Source of the DNA: Mizuhopecten yessoensis
Taxonomy: Eukaryota
Direction: 5' to 3'
Assembly (NCBI RefSeq): GCF_002113885.1
Contig: NW_018408914.1
Span: 256,731-320,730, forward strand
Length of the DNA: 64,000 nucleotides
In this document: positions 62,264 through 64,000 of the stretch, piece after piece
Layout: each line of letters begins with the position of its first letter
Numbering within the stretch: position 1 is the stretch's first letter
The notes under the pieces: model-generated
Told to the model about the DNA's origin: nothing
Databases searched by the model: none
What the model saw: only the letters and a program-made list of their open reading frames with translations
Translations under genes and position numbers: made by a program

Positions 62264-64000
62264 TTACATGAGCTGGTATGATCTTCTTTAAAGTATGTAT
62301 TGATTGATGTTGGGAGATGTGTAAGATTGTCTGTGTCTACATACATCCCTATACACTGGTACTAGACAGTAGAGATGTGTAGGTCTGTCTGCAGCTGTAT
62401 ACCCCCTATACACTGGTATAAGACAGTAGAGATGTGTAGGTTTGTCCATCTGTATACCCCCTATACACTGGTACTAAACAGTAGAGATGTGTAGGTCTGT
62501 CTGCAGCTGTATACCCCCTATACACTGGTACTAAACAGTAGAGATGTGTAGGTCTGTCTGCAGCTGTATACCCCCTATACACTGGTATAAGACAGTAGAG
62601 ATGTGTAGGTTTGTCCATCTGTATACCCCCTATACACTGGTACTAAACAGTAGAGATGTGTAGGTCTGTCTATCTGTCTACCCCCTATACATTGGTATTA
62701 GACAGCAGAGATGTGTAGGTCTATCTGCAGCTGTATCCCCCCTATACACTGGTATTAGACAGGAGAGATGTGTAGGTCTGTCTATCTGTATACCCCCTAT
62801 ATACACTGGTACTAGACAGGAGAGATGTGTAGGTCTGTCTATCTGTATTCCCCCTATCCATTGGTATTAGACAGTAGAGATGTTACATGAGCTGGTATGA
62901 TCTTCTTTAAAGTATATTTTGATTGATGTTGGGAGATGTGTAAGATTGTCTGTGTCTACATACATCCCTATCAATGTTACTAGACAGTAGAGATGTGTAG
63001 GTCTATCTGCAGCTGTATACCCCCTATACACTGGTACTAGACAGGAGAGATGTGTAGGTCTGTCTATCTGTCTACCCCCTATACATTGGTATTAGACAGT
63101 AGAGATGTTACATGAGCTGGTATGATCTTCTTTAAAGTATATTTTGATTGATGTTGGGAGATGTGTAAGATTGTCTGTGTCTACATACATCCCTATCAAT
63201 GTTACTAGACAGTAGAGATGTGTAGGTCTATCTGCAGCTGTATCCCCCCTATACACTGGTATTAGACAGGAGAGATGTGTAGGTCTGTCTATCTGTCTAC
63301 CCCCTATACATTGGTATTAGACAGTAGAGATGTTACATGAGCTGGTATGATCTTCTTTAAAGTATGTATTGATTGATGTTGGGAGATGTGTAAGATTGTC
63401 TGTGTCTACATACATCCCTATACACTGGTACTAGACAGTAGAGATGCGTAGGTCTGTCTATCTGTATACCCCCTATACATTGGTATTGAGACAGTAGAGA
63501 TGTGTAGGTCTGTTTATCTGTATACCCCCTATACACTGGTAGTAGACAGTAGAGATGTGTAGGTTTGTCTATCTGTATTCCCCCTATACACACTGGTACT
63601 AGACAGTAGAGATGCGTAGGTCTGTCTATCTGTATACCCCCTTTATACACTGGAATTAGACAGTAGAGATGTGTATAGGTTTGTCTATCTGTATACCCCC
63701 TATATACTGGTACTAGACAGTAGAGATGTGTATGTCTGTCTGTCTGTATACCCCCTATACACACTGGTTCTAGACAGTAGAGATGTGTAGGTTTGTCCAT
63801 CTGTATACCCCCTATACACTGGTATAAGACAGTAGAGATGTGTAGGTTTGTCTATCTGTATTCCCCCTATACACACTGGTACTAGACAGTAGAGATGCGT
63901 AGGTCTGTCTATCTGTATACCCCCTTTATACACTGGAATTAGACAGTAGAGATGTGTATAGGTTTGTCTATCTGTATACCCCCTATATACACTGGTACTA
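62264..64000. repeat. ~55-58-bp minisatellite with a ~225-bp higher-order unit; continues past window end
   Basis: Unit tatacactggtactagacagtagagatgtgtaggtctgtctatctgtatacccc; the left-flank block ttacatgagctggtatgatcttc recurs at ~62264, 62883, 63108, 63333. Confidence 0.93.

Overview
AT-rich animal genomic DNA with spliceosomal GT-AG genes. The repeat landscape (Helentron-type HINEs, V-domain SINEs, and roughly a quarter of the window in minisatellites by my rough estimate) suggests a bivalve mollusc, possibly a scallop; this is inference. Genes: (1) last two coding exons of RSPH3 (+, 512-3788); (2) a complete 3-exon PRDM13 (+, 14538-23472, 519 aa); (3) a convergent 3-exon gene (-, 30639-25346, 942 aa) built on a catalytically dead Crypton-type tyrosine-recombinase (DUF3504/KIAA1958-like) domain with CtBP- and SUMO-type motifs, i.e. 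a probable domesticated transposase; (4) the 5' end of an unidentified large + strand gene that appears to have three alternative phase-2 first coding exons (34446, 47416, 49928). Best non-coding observations: three 24-33 bp terminus-to-terminus relics, each with a perfect 7-bp target-site duplication, that look like P-element-type excision footprints; a Penelope-like inverted repeat carrying two minimal hammerhead ribozymes; a TTAA/Kolobok-like element containing a tRNA-like head whose right end is tandemly amplified; and a PTF1-J-like (E-box + RBPJ) composite site upstream of PRDM13. No database searches were possible; identities rest on recognised motifs and hand-checked splice phases, and repeat boundaries are approximate.
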